Assembly (NCBI GenBank): GCA_964491925.1
Contig: CAZBGZ010000004.1
Span: 23,529 to 87,528 of the forward strand
DNA length: 64,000 nucleotides
Source of the DNA: an uncultured Candidatus Saccharibacteria bacterium
GTDB taxonomy: Bacteria > Patescibacteriota > Saccharimonadia > Saccharimonadales > JAGQNJ01
Direction: 5' to 3'
The notes under the pieces are model-generated. The model was given only the letters and a program-made list of their open reading frames with translations. It was not told the DNA's origin and did not search any database. Made by a program: the position numbers and the translations under genes. Below, one piece after another: positions 37,768-47,142 of this stretch. The stretch's first letter is position 1. Every line of letters begins with the position of its first letter.

Positions 37768-39014
37768 ACAATGGGCTCCAAATGTTCCGGCTCTATCATA
37801 TCGTTATCCAGCTGTTCTAAAACTTGTTGCTCCAAGACTTTTTCGCCCATATAGCGCATAAAGATCTCATTCCATAGTGAATCCCTAAAATGATAGACAT
37901 ATCTGTTGTTGAAATTTTCTTCATTAGAGTAGGCAAGCGCAACATCCATAAGGTTCAGTGCAACAGGCAGGCCTTTTGCTGGCATAGCCACATAATCTAG
38001 GTCACGCCAAAAGCTCAACTGCTCGTCAAGATCGTATAGTGCATCTTCGGCCTTGCGCCAGTGCAGATCTTCTGGCTGGACGTGTGGCTGGAAGGCTTCT
38101 GGATGACTCTCGTCTTTTAGCTTGCCGAAATAGCGTTGAATAACTCTCCAGTGGATATGTTGACCAGCCATTACGGCCGCTTTGCTTGGATCGGCGATCA
38201 GAGTATCTACAATTTCTTCGCCAAATTTAGGGTGGGTTGACTTCAGTTTGAAAAAAGCACTGTAAAGCCTAATCTCGTTTATGTAGTGGAACAACAAAGA
38301 CATTGTTTTTAGTGGCAAACCACGCATGCTATCTTGCTTCATTGGTACTACAACGATTACCCCAAGCTCCTTTGTATGCGTAACGTTATGTCTCTTTTTC
38401 TCAACATAATGTTGAGCCAAATCAACCCATTTATCGTGGTCCATCACCACAATTCGAATGTTTCGTTCCTCGAAATCGGATGGTCTAACTGATTTAAATA
38501 ACTGATCGTATTGGTTCAGCCAGTCTGCTCCCTCAGAGAATCTGAGCGCTGTGTACATTTCATCAAATGGTTCGTTTTTTAGCATGCTATCGATAGATCT
38601 GTAGCCCAAGGTTTTCATCATGTTAATTGGTGGCATTTTTTTGAGCAGGCGTTTTGCCACAGACCGTTTTAATGCCCAACACTTCTTGGGTACTTTTGAT
38701 GAATTAACAATATCCACTATGGGCGGGACAAGTTCACGAATCGTAGTTGTTCCTTTCGGTAAACCCAGCAATTCGTGAGTGATTCGTTCGTTATCCTTTT
38801 CAACATGCGTCAACAACGCATAGTACAGTTCCTCTGGCGTTGTATCGTCTGGATCCAAGCCTAATTCTTCGATTTTTAGGTGTACTCTGCCAGCTATCTC
38901 TGCAGTCAAGCGTATATCGGCACTGGGGTTACCGCTTTCTTTTTCCAATTGCTTTACACTCATAGAAAATAACGGTTCTTTAGCGTCCAATAACTCTGAT
39001 AACATTCTGCTCAT
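37764..39014 (-). CDS. hypothetical protein (orphan, 416 aa)
   Basis: Clean 416-aa ORF, soluble, His/Trp-rich C-terminal half (HIHWRVIQRYFGKL, HPEAFQPHVQPEDLHWRKAED). No family recognised. Confidence 0.65.
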   Translation of the reverse strand: MSRMLSELLDAKEPLFSMSVKQLEKESGNPSADIRLTAEIAGRVHLKIEELGLDPDDTTPEELYYALLTHVEKDNERITHELLGLPKGTTTIRELVPPIVDIVNSSKVPKKCWALKRSVAKRLLKKMPPINMMKTLGYRSIDSMLKNEPFDEMYTALRFSEGADWLNQYDQLFKSVRPSDFEERNIRIVVMDHDKWVDLAQHYVEKKRHNVTHTKELGVIVVVPMKQDSMRGLPLKTMSLLFHYINEIRLYSAFFKLKSTHPKFGEEIVDTLIADPSKAAVMAGQHIHWRVIQRYFGKLKDESHPEAFQPHVQPEDLHWRKAEDALYDLDEQLSFWRDLDYVAMPAKGLPVALNLMDVALAYSNEENFNNRYVYHFRDSLWNEIFMRYMGEKVLEQQVLEQLDNDMIEPEHLEPIV

Positions 39015-39066
39015 GCTTACCTACAGATTAACATGCTGGCCCCTGACAGGCAAAGGGAATAACAGA

Positions 39067-40032
39067 CTAAAGATCGCTAACCTTAATATCCATAGAATGT
39101 AGCTTGGCGTGTGAATGAAGAATGCCGTTAATTGCGCCTATTTTGCTGACTACACTGGTTGAATTAGCACTAGCAAAAATTAGAGCTTCTTCTATTGTTT
39201 TGTCACAAGCAATCGCTGCAGTGAATCCGCTAGAGTAGGCGTCTCCAGCACCAGTTCGATCTATTACCGCTACGTCCTGGTACATGCCGGCCTTGTATAT
39301 TTTTTGGCCATCAGTTGCATACGAGCCCTTTGCACCATCCGTCAAAAGAACGATTGGGACGTACTGTGCTGCCTCTTTCAGTATTTCTCGTGCCTTCACC
39401 CCACCGAAAAGCATTTGCATCTCTTCGCGGTTCAGACTGAGGATTGTAAAGTTTGAGAGCAATTGTTTCAGTAAAATTCGCTCGGAAAGCTCTTTTTTAC
39501 CGGGGTTAATAGCGATTTTTATATTATTTTTTTGTGCGTAGTTTGCAATTGTTCTCAGAGCTTTCATGTCCCCAGACAAAGAACTGATATAAATCCAATC
39601 TGCTGTTCTATTTAAAAAATCACTTTCGCGCAGGTTATAGTCAGATGATGCACCTCTATAAGTCAATATTGTTCTTTCGCCATTTGGTGCCAGCATTACA
39701 GTTGCGTGTCCTGTACCTAGCTTTTCGTTATAGGTGACCAACGAAGTATCTACGTTATCTTCTCTTAGCATATCTAGAATAGCTCGCCCAGAAATATCCT
39801 TGCCTATATGACCCATGAAATTGCTTCTTAACCCATACCTAGCAAAAGTCACACTTGCATGCGCTGCTCCACCACCGATACTATACGCAACCGAGTCTAC
39901 TTCGTTTTTAGACCCCAAAGAGAACTCTGCTACTTTTTCGTTATTATCGGTATGCGGCTTAAAAATTGCTCCCTGCAAAAAAACGTCCTGGATTGCTGCG
40001 CCAATTGATATTATTTTTATTTGTCCACGCAT
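39067..40032 (-). CDS. PfkB-family carbohydrate kinase
   Basis: 321 aa. GGGAAHA N-terminal motif and DRTGAGDAYSSGF C-terminal PfkB signature. Confidence 0.88.
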   Translation of the reverse strand: MRGQIKIISIGAAIQDVFLQGAIFKPHTDNNEKVAEFSLGSKNEVDSVAYSIGGGAAHASVTFARYGLRSNFMGHIGKDISGRAILDMLREDNVDTSLVTYNEKLGTGHATVMLAPNGERTILTYRGASSDYNLRESDFLNRTADWIYISSLSGDMKALRTIANYAQKNNIKIAINPGKKELSERILLKQLLSNFTILSLNREEMQMLFGGVKAREILKEAAQYVPIVLLTDGAKGSYATDGQKIYKAGMYQDVAVIDRTGAGDAYSSGFTAAIACDKTIEEALIFASANSTSVVSKIGAINGILHSHAKLHSMDIKVSDL

Positions 40033-40037
40033 TGTAT

Positions 40038-40952
40038 CTAGCCTACCCTTGCCTTACCAGAGCTTCCGAAAGCGTCAATTCTGCTTTCTACAATCCTCTG
40101 GACGGCTGAAATTACTGCTCCCATCAGCTTCACGACTGCATATTCGTCCACGTTTTCAGCCAACACCTTTTCTAAAGTATTACGATATGCTATGCGCATA
40201 TCAGAGTTAATGTTGATTTTACCTACACCAATTTTAGCGGCCGACTCAAAATAATGAGCTGGCGTTCCGCTGCCACCATGCAAACTGATATTGCAGTTTA
40301 TGGAATCCCTTATTTTCTGCAGCAGGTCTAGATCGAGTTTTTTAGGTACGGGGTATTTGCCATGCAAATTTCCGATGGCTGCCGCATAAGTATCAATGCC
40401 AGTTGCCTGTACGAAATGTCGAGCACCTTCTGGTGTACTAAGTGTTTTTTTGACTTCTTCGTAGTCAATTTTTTCTTTGTGCAAGTTAGAGCTTCCTGCA
40501 AAATAATGCTGTTCACTTTCTACCAATGCTCCAGTTTTTTTGGCATAATCTACAACTTGCTTAGTTGCATCGATTATTTTTTCGTTCGTGGCATTGTGAT
40601 CGGCTTGGGATATATCTATATGAATGAACTCGTAACCAGCATCTATGGCTGCTTTGCAATCGGCTACTGTCGGACTATGATCTAGATTAATGAACATCTC
40701 GATACCGTACTCGGCTTTGTAGTTGTCAACCAGGTCACGAACGTTCTCTAGACCTAAAGCGTCTACTTCGCCTTTACTGACCTCAACCATCACCGGCGCA
40801 TCTTTGGCTTTTGCCGCCCTCGCCACAGCAATTAGGGTCTCCTGATTGTCTAAATTAAAAGCGCCGACCGCAAACTTTCCTTTTCGTGACCTTACCATCA
40901 GAGCCCTAGCTTTGATGCAATTTTGTCTTATTTCGCTGAGTGAAGTCGGCAT
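40038..40952 (-). CDS. fba: class II fructose-bisphosphate aldolase
   Basis: 304 aa. LDHSPT, HIDIS, SLHGGSG metal/phosphate-binding motifs. Confidence 0.9.
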   Translation of the reverse strand: MPTSLSEIRQNCIKARALMVRSRKGKFAVGAFNLDNQETLIAVARAAKAKDAPVMVEVSKGEVDALGLENVRDLVDNYKAEYGIEMFINLDHSPTVADCKAAIDAGYEFIHIDISQADHNATNEKIIDATKQVVDYAKKTGALVESEQHYFAGSSNLHKEKIDYEEVKKTLSTPEGARHFVQATGIDTYAAAIGNLHGKYPVPKKLDLDLLQKIRDSINCNISLHGGSGTPAHYFESAAKIGVGKININSDMRIAYRNTLEKVLAENVDEYAVVKLMGAVISAVQRIVESRIDAFGSSGKARVG

Positions 40953-41932
40953 TATATTTTGTCTCCCATTAGTTCATGGGCCGTAATGGCAATATGCTTG
41001 TGGGTTAAACCATAGTGGTGTAGTAGCTCGGCAGGATCACCAGACTCACCGAATTTATCCACCACACCAATACGCCTTACTGGAACGGGGTAGTGTTCTC
41101 CTAGGAACTCTGCGACTGCTCCACCAAGTCCGCCATTAATTTGATGCTCCTCTACTACAACCACTTTGCCAGTTTTTTTAACACTTTTCAGTATCGTTAC
41201 AGCATCGAGAGGCTTTATTGTGGGGCAATGTATCACCTCGGCGTCAATACCATCTTTGTACATATGCTCTGCTGCCACCAGGCTAGGGTAGGTCATTGTT
41301 CCGGTCGAGATAATCGTGATGTCAGATCCAGGGGCAAAAATATACGCTTTACCAATCTCAAACGGTGTTTGAGTTGTAGTAAACGAAGGTATGGGCTCCC
41401 GGGCCAGTCGCATGTAATTGGGCCTTTTATCGTTGATCATAGCGAGTGTCATCTTTTCGGCTTCAACGGCATCGCACGGTGCCAAAACAACCATGTTGGG
41501 CAAGGCTCGCATCAGGGCGATGTCTTCGAGCATCTGATGAGTAGCGCCATCTTTCCCAGTATACAGGCCAGCGTGAGAACCAATAATCTTGACTGGCCTA
41601 TCGTTCAGACATATCGTAGTGCGTATCTGTTCCCAGTTCCGCCCAGGGCTAAATGCAGCATAACTACTGACGAACGGTATTTTTCCCTCAGCGGCCAAAC
41701 CGGAACCAACAGTTACCAGATTTTGTTCGGCTACTCCCATTTCCACAAAACGATCCGGAAAAGCTTCTGCAAATAAATGCATTTGGGTAGATTCGGTCAA
41801 ATCAGCGCAAGCAGCAACGACGTTAAGATTTTCTCCTCCTGCCTGTAACAGCCCTTTGCCGAAACCCTTGCGGTTAGGCTCCAAAATGATGTCTTTGCTC
41901 AGAATGTCTTCGACTAGGTGCATATCATTCAT
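40952..41932 (-). CDS. transketolase, C-terminal (pyrimidine-binding) subunit
   Basis: 326 aa. FVEMGVAEQNLV, HAGLYTGKDGATHQ. Split-type transketolase. Confidence 0.92.
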   Translation of the reverse strand: MNDMHLVEDILSKDIILEPNRKGFGKGLLQAGGENLNVVAACADLTESTQMHLFAEAFPDRFVEMGVAEQNLVTVGSGLAAEGKIPFVSSYAAFSPGRNWEQIRTTICLNDRPVKIIGSHAGLYTGKDGATHQMLEDIALMRALPNMVVLAPCDAVEAEKMTLAMINDKRPNYMRLAREPIPSFTTTQTPFEIGKAYIFAPGSDITIISTGTMTYPSLVAAEHMYKDGIDAEVIHCPTIKPLDAVTILKSVKKTGKVVVVEEHQINGGLGGAVAEFLGEHYPVPVRRIGVVDKFGESGDPAELLHHYGLTHKHIAITAHELMGDKI

Positions 41933-42800
41933 GCTCGCTCCTAATTTTGCCTTTTAGAGTTCGCAATTCTTTTAAGGCTTCGATTTCTTGCTTGTGATCA
42001 GGGACGCCTTTGCCTGGACCGCCGCCGTGCCAATGGTAATCATATTCCATAAAATCTACGCCTTTTCCAGGCACTGTATGGGCGATAATCATGACTGGTT
42101 TATTTACGACAGCCCTAGCCATGGCACATGCGTCAATGACGGCCTCGATATTGTTGCCATCTATCTCAATTACATGCCAGCCAAAAGCTTCCCATTTTGC
42201 TGCTAAATCTTCTAGGGGCATGACTTTTTCTGTTGGGCCGTCGATCTGAATGTTATTACGGTCAGTTATAGCGATTAGGTTGCTGAGGTTTTCCTTGCTG
42301 GCCAGCATCGCTGCTTCCCAAACATTTCCTTCGTCCTGCTCACCATCACCCAATATTACGTACACCCAACGATGATTTTGCTTATTCATCCGCATCCCTA
42401 GAGCCATACCAACGCCTTGGCTAAGCCCCGAGCCCAAAGGGCCACTAGTAGTTTCCAGTCCAGGTAGTTTTTTACGTTCTGGGTGTCCCTGGAGGCGTGA
42501 ACCGTATTGGCGCAATGTCATTAGTTCTTTTTTATCGAAATACCCAACGTGGGCCATTGTGGCGTACTGAACAGGCACACAGTGTCCGTTGCTAAGAATT
42601 AGTTTATCCCGTTCGTCCCAATTTGGCTTCTCTGGGTCAATCTTCAAAATTTCAAAATATAATGCCGTAAAAATATCTGCTAGGCCCAAAGGTCCTGCAC
42701 TATGCCCACTGCCGGCGTGCTCTAACATCCGAATAATATCTTGCCGTATATCATTGGCAATTATCTCTAAATCTTCGATTGTATAGTTTTTAGAACTCAT
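41925..42800 (-). CDS. transketolase, N-terminal (TPP-binding) subunit
   Basis: Start ATG 42800 (MSSKNYTIEDLE...). SGHSAGPLG, GDGEQDEGNVWEA TPP motif. The ORF-track extension to 42917 has no support. Confidence 0.92.
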   Translation of the reverse strand: MSSKNYTIEDLEIIANDIRQDIIRMLEHAGSGHSAGPLGLADIFTALYFEILKIDPEKPNWDERDKLILSNGHCVPVQYATMAHVGYFDKKELMTLRQYGSRLQGHPERKKLPGLETTSGPLGSGLSQGVGMALGMRMNKQNHRWVYVILGDGEQDEGNVWEAAMLASKENLSNLIAITDRNNIQIDGPTEKVMPLEDLAAKWEAFGWHVIEIDGNNIEAVIDACAMARAVVNKPVMIIAHTVPGKGVDFMEYDYHWHGGGPGKGVPDHKQEIEALKELRTLKGKIRSEHE

Positions 42801-43014
42801 AGTTATGATTCTCCTGAAAGCCGAGAACTGTTTTGGGGTACAGTAATTTATAATAAATTGCGATAAAGCGTACAGTCTTGTACGTTGCAGAGCAAAATTT
42901 ATCAAGAACTGCCCCAAAATAGGACACAGATCGGGATGAATTGTTACTATGAGTTCTTACCACCATAACGTATATGTTTATTTTAGCAGACTCTGCGCGT
43001 GCCAGAAATCTTGT

Positions 43015-44145
43015 TTATTCTTTGTCTAGATCAAAATACTCAACTTCTTCTTTTAATGCCTGAAGGCCTGCTTCAACAGCCTCAGTCATTACCTGACTCT
43101 TGTCATAATGGAACTTTTTATGACGCAAGGTCAGCTTTGATACGGTATAACGCAAACGGTAAATATGTAACCTCTCTTCAAAGTCATCTGGCAGGTCAGC
43201 AATCTCTTTATAGCCATCTAGAAGCATTCGAAGCCTAGCAATAGGGAAAAAGAGCGTCCAGCAGGCAATATCCGCAATCGGATCGCCAGCGAATGCCTCG
43301 TCCCAATCAATAGCCGCAATCACTTTCCCGTCTTTTACTATAGTATTCCAGTCGGCAAAGTCATTATGAATCAGCCGTGGATCGTCATAGTCTAAAAGTT
43401 TACTTTCGGTAAGTAACCGTGTTATCTCTGTAGCTTGGGCGGCGGTTACGTATTTTGCCGCAACCAATTCTTCTAAATTCTGTGGTAGAGCAGCTAGTAC
43501 GTGTTCTCTGTTACTGGCATGTATGCCTCGAAGTCCCCCTGTCTCTCTAGCCAGATTATTGTCAAAGAAACCAAATCCATTGACTTTTATTCGATGTATC
43601 CGAGCCATGACTCGCCCTACATCTCGTACTAATTCTGGTTCATCTTCGGGGTGCTCGGCCAGGTGAATTTTCATATTAGCACCCTGAGCTTTTTCAAATA
43701 ACACAAAATCTAGTTTCCCAGGCCCATGTTGATAACCGACGGCAAGTGGTTTTGGTGCTGGAATACCGTTCTCGAGCGCTAAGTTAACGACTGCTGTTTC
43801 TACGCTAAAGTAACCATTCCGAAGGCCTACAGGATGAAAACGGCCCACAACTTCGAGACCATTATCAAAAGTAAAATTTCGATTTATATTTATACTCCCA
43901 ATCTCGTAATGATGCCCACCCTCCACATCAGTTATTTTGCTCCCAGCAAATGCACCATTGTCCTCAAGAGCGCTCTCTACAGAAGAACAAAGGTTTTCTT
44001 CGTTCAGTCCCGCGTTTCGCTGGCCAAAGATAACAGAACACTCTTCAATGCTCATTGGCCTGTCAGTTTGCCAGTAAAACATATCCGAACGATCGACTGT
44101 CTGCCGGTTTATTGCCTCCATTCTTACTTCAGTTATTGCACTCAT
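43015..44145 (-). CDS. APH/choline-kinase-fold phosphotransferase, substrate unknown
   Basis: LIHNDFADWN (HxDxxxxN catalytic loop), AIDWDEA (DxD). Start ATG 44145 (MSAITEV...) with AAGGAG Shine-Dalgarno and an ATGA overlap with the trmB-like stop. Confidence 0.8.
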   Translation of the reverse strand: MSAITEVRMEAINRQTVDRSDMFYWQTDRPMSIEECSVIFGQRNAGLNEENLCSSVESALEDNGAFAGSKITDVEGGHHYEIGSININRNFTFDNGLEVVGRFHPVGLRNGYFSVETAVVNLALENGIPAPKPLAVGYQHGPGKLDFVLFEKAQGANMKIHLAEHPEDEPELVRDVGRVMARIHRIKVNGFGFFDNNLARETGGLRGIHASNREHVLAALPQNLEELVAAKYVTAAQATEITRLLTESKLLDYDDPRLIHNDFADWNTIVKDGKVIAAIDWDEAFAGDPIADIACWTLFFPIARLRMLLDGYKEIADLPDDFEERLHIYRLRYTVSKLTLRHKKFHYDKSQVMTEAVEAGLQALKEEVEYFDLDKE

Positions 44146-44918
44146 ACTTCTTCTCCTTGTTGCCACAAAGTATCAAACATTGTGGTCATTATTCCTGATA
44201 GGATAGGGTCGCTTATAATTACACCTATGTATTCGCCACCCTGTTTTGTATAAAACCCAAATCTGTCGCCAAAAATACTCATAAAACCGTCAAGTGGCTC
44301 AACCAGGTCAACTACTCGTTGCTGTTTTAGTATCTTTTTGCTCGTATGATCATAGCTTCGCATCGGGATACTCCCGTCACTGAGAACACGGATTGATATG
44401 CCTTTTTTCACACGATTCTTGATGTAAGAATTCATATAAATGCTCATTTGTTGTTCACTGCCAAAAAGCTCTCGTAGAAATTTTCCGCTCCCGAACTCAC
44501 TGATAGATTTAACGTTGCCCTCGAGCCTTTCGTTATTCCAGGACCTGTAACCATCCATGCCCTTGAAAACTTCTATGTGGTTATGCTGATAAAACTCGTG
44601 TTGAGCTTTTGTTGCACTAGATACAAGAACCTCTAGCTGTTCCCTGAGAGAGGTAAGCTGTTTCACCTGGTAATCGTATTTATCAAATAGGCCTTTCGTA
44701 GAATTGACACTGTAGCGTTGGTTACGAGTTTCCCCAGTCACGTGAATGAGTCCTTGCTGTTCTAGGCTTTTTAGTGCTCTATATACAGAAACTTTGTCCA
44801 TAGATAATAGACTAATTATCTCTTGGGCTGGTCTTTGACCAGTTGACGCTAGAAGGTACTTATATACTTCTGACTCGTTTGGGGTTAACCCCAATGATTC
44901 CAACGCGTTATAACTCAT
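44142..44918 (-). CDS. TrmB-family transcriptional regulator
   Basis: 258 aa. N-terminal wHTH LGLTPNESEVYKYLLASTGQRPAQEIISLLSMDKVSVYRALKSLEQQGLI, C-terminal sensor-like domain. Confidence 0.8.
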   Translation of the reverse strand: MSYNALESLGLTPNESEVYKYLLASTGQRPAQEIISLLSMDKVSVYRALKSLEQQGLIHVTGETRNQRYSVNSTKGLFDKYDYQVKQLTSLREQLEVLVSSATKAQHEFYQHNHIEVFKGMDGYRSWNNERLEGNVKSISEFGSGKFLRELFGSEQQMSIYMNSYIKNRVKKGISIRVLSDGSIPMRSYDHTSKKILKQQRVVDLVEPLDGFMSIFGDRFGFYTKQGGEYIGVIISDPILSGIMTTMFDTLWQQGEEV

Positions 44919-44930
44919 TCACACATAGTA

Positions 44931-45566
44931 TCACGTAGTTGCTAGAATTGCAACTAATTTTGTATAGGCTTGTTTGGGGTCTTTTGCACGGTGGATGTAA
45001 CCACCGACGTTTAGTACGTCTACGCCGTAATCTACCATTTTTTTAATGTTTTGGTCGTTTATTCCGCCGTCCCAGCCTATCTCGATGCTATGATTTAGTT
45101 TCTTAACCTGTTCTACTTTATCTAATAGGCTCGTATCCGCCTCGCCGCCAAAGTGGCCCAAATCTCCGCTAAAAATTAATACGTGGTCTATATGTTCTAG
45201 CGCTGGGATAATTGTTTTTACATCTGTTTTTGGTAGTAGCGCTACACCGGCCATGATCCCTGCTCCATGTAGGCCTTCGGCCAGTTTAATAAAATTGCCT
45301 TCTGCCTCAGCGTGAACTATTACAAGCCGCGGGTTCAACCTAATTATTTGTTCTGTAAAATTTTGTGGATTTTTGAACATTATATGTAGGTCTGCCTGCA
45401 TTGTATGCGGCCACCACGCCTGACCGAGACCTGGGGATTCATTAGGCGTAAAGTCACCATCCATAAAATCGATGTGCACATGCGAAACAAAAGGGGCTAT
45501 CCTCTCTATCTGCTCCCTATACTGATGTGGATTTTCAGCTGTTACCGTAGGACAAATGACTGCCAT
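44931..45566 (-). CDS. rpe: ribulose-phosphate 3-epimerase-like protein
   Basis: 211 aa. HVHIDFMDGDFTPN, TIM-barrel layout, divergent C-terminus. Confidence 0.8.
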   Translation of the reverse strand: MAVICPTVTAENPHQYREQIERIAPFVSHVHIDFMDGDFTPNESPGLGQAWWPHTMQADLHIMFKNPQNFTEQIIRLNPRLVIVHAEAEGNFIKLAEGLHGAGIMAGVALLPKTDVKTIIPALEHIDHVLIFSGDLGHFGGEADTSLLDKVEQVKKLNHSIEIGWDGGINDQNIKKMVDYGVDVLNVGGYIHRAKDPKQAYTKLVAILATT

Positions 45567-45584
45567 GATGGTTATTATTGTACG

Positions 45585-46028
45585 CTAATTAAGATTATCT
45601 AGTTGTTTATTTCGCCTAATATACCTGGCTGCCCCGCCGAATTCTGTATCTAGCCATGTATCTACAAGCCGTTCAACCTCACTGTTGTCTTGGAGTTCTC
45701 TGGCCGGCAGGCACATAACGTTGCTGTCATCATCATGGCGCGAATCGTGTGCCTCATCTTCATTCCAAATTAAACTAGCTCTAATTCCCTTGAACCGATT
45801 TGCACCAATGCATACCCCTTGACCGCTACCGCAGATCAAGATGCCAACGCTCCCTGCATTTGCCAGGACTTCGCTTGCAACTCTACCTGCATAAATCGGG
45901 AAATCATCTTGAGGATCTAATTGCTCGTCGCCCTTATCGATAACCTCATGCCCTTTTGATATTAAATACTTTTCGACATGCTCTTTCAGCTCGTATCCGT
46001 TATGATCCGCTCCAATAAAAATTCTCAT
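45585..46028 (-). CDS. rpiB: ribose-5-phosphate isomerase B
   Basis: 147 aa. MRIFIGADHNGYELK, ICGSGQGVCIGANR. Confidence 0.92.
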   Translation of the reverse strand: MRIFIGADHNGYELKEHVEKYLISKGHEVIDKGDEQLDPQDDFPIYAGRVASEVLANAGSVGILICGSGQGVCIGANRFKGIRASLIWNEDEAHDSRHDDDSNVMCLPARELQDNSEVERLVDTWLDTEFGGAARYIRRNKQLDNLN

Positions 46029-47039
46029 CTAAGCCTTTAGCAATTTACCAACGTCGGCAACAACTTCTATTAACCTGTTGCTATACGCCCATTCATTGTC
46101 ATACCAAGCCACAACCTTTACTAGATTTCCACCAACAACCCGTGTCAACCCCAGGTCTACAACCGCGGAGTGGCTATTGCCCTTAAAGTCGCTAGATACA
46201 AGTTTTTCTTCTGTTACGTCTAAAATACCTTGGTAGTACGGCTCTTTTGCAGCTTTTTTGAAGGCATCGTTCACTTCGTCGACAGTAACATCTTTTTTGG
46301 TTACAAAAGTCAGGTCACTCAGCGAAACAACAGATGTCGGAACCCGCATAGCCATTCCGTCAAAAATGCCGTCAAAATGTGGCAAAACTTCCTTGGTAGC
46401 AATTGCGGCGCCGGAAGACGTTGGCACTATATTCTGTGCTGCTGCCCTAGCACGGCGCAAATCGTCGTGTGGAGCGTCCTGGAGACGCTGATCAGCTGTG
46501 TAACTGTGTACAGTGGTCATCAAGGCTTTTTCTACGCCAAAACTAGCATCCATTACGTCGGCCACAGGAACAATGCAGTTAGTTGTACATGACCCGTTAT
46601 TCAGAATCTCGCCGGCTTCTTTTAAGGAATCATCATTCACTCCAAGCACAACTGTAGTAGAGCCTTCCCCCTTAGCCGGGGCTGATATAACTACTTTTTT
46701 TGCACCGGCTGCTATATGTGCTTTTGCCTTGGACGGGTCAACAAAAAATCCAGTCGACTCAATAACCACATCGATTTCATTTTCTTTCCATGGCAGATTA
46801 GCCGGGTCTTTTTCGGCTGTTATCTTTATTTTCTGTCCGTCGACGATCAGGTGATGTTCGTCACATTCCACTTTTTTTTCGTAATTACCATAGTTTGAAT
46901 CGTGTTTTAACAGATGAGCCAGTGTTTTTGTATCTGTTAGATCGTTAATAACTACAACTTCGATATCACTCCGATCCATAGCAACCTTAAAGGCTGTTCT
47001 GCCGATTCGTCCAAATCCGTTAATTGCCACCCTGGTCAT
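46029..47039 (-). CDS. gap: type I glyceraldehyde-3-phosphate dehydrogenase
   Basis: 336 aa. INGFGRIGR, SCTTNC active site, WYDNEWAYS. AAGGAG Shine-Dalgarno. Confidence 0.95.
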   Translation of the reverse strand: MTRVAINGFGRIGRTAFKVAMDRSDIEVVVINDLTDTKTLAHLLKHDSNYGNYEKKVECDEHHLIVDGQKIKITAEKDPANLPWKENEIDVVIESTGFFVDPSKAKAHIAAGAKKVVISAPAKGEGSTTVVLGVNDDSLKEAGEILNNGSCTTNCIVPVADVMDASFGVEKALMTTVHSYTADQRLQDAPHDDLRRARAAAQNIVPTSSGAAIATKEVLPHFDGIFDGMAMRVPTSVVSLSDLTFVTKKDVTVDEVNDAFKKAAKEPYYQGILDVTEEKLVSSDFKGNSHSAVVDLGLTRVVGGNLVKVVAWYDNEWAYSNRLIEVVADVGKLLKA

Positions 47040-47142
47040 TATTTACTCCTTAATATGCTTGGTTACCATTATAAACCGCTTATGTTGCTGCGCACAAGCC
47101 GATTCCTTGCATTTGCATGAAATTGATACAATACATTCAAAG

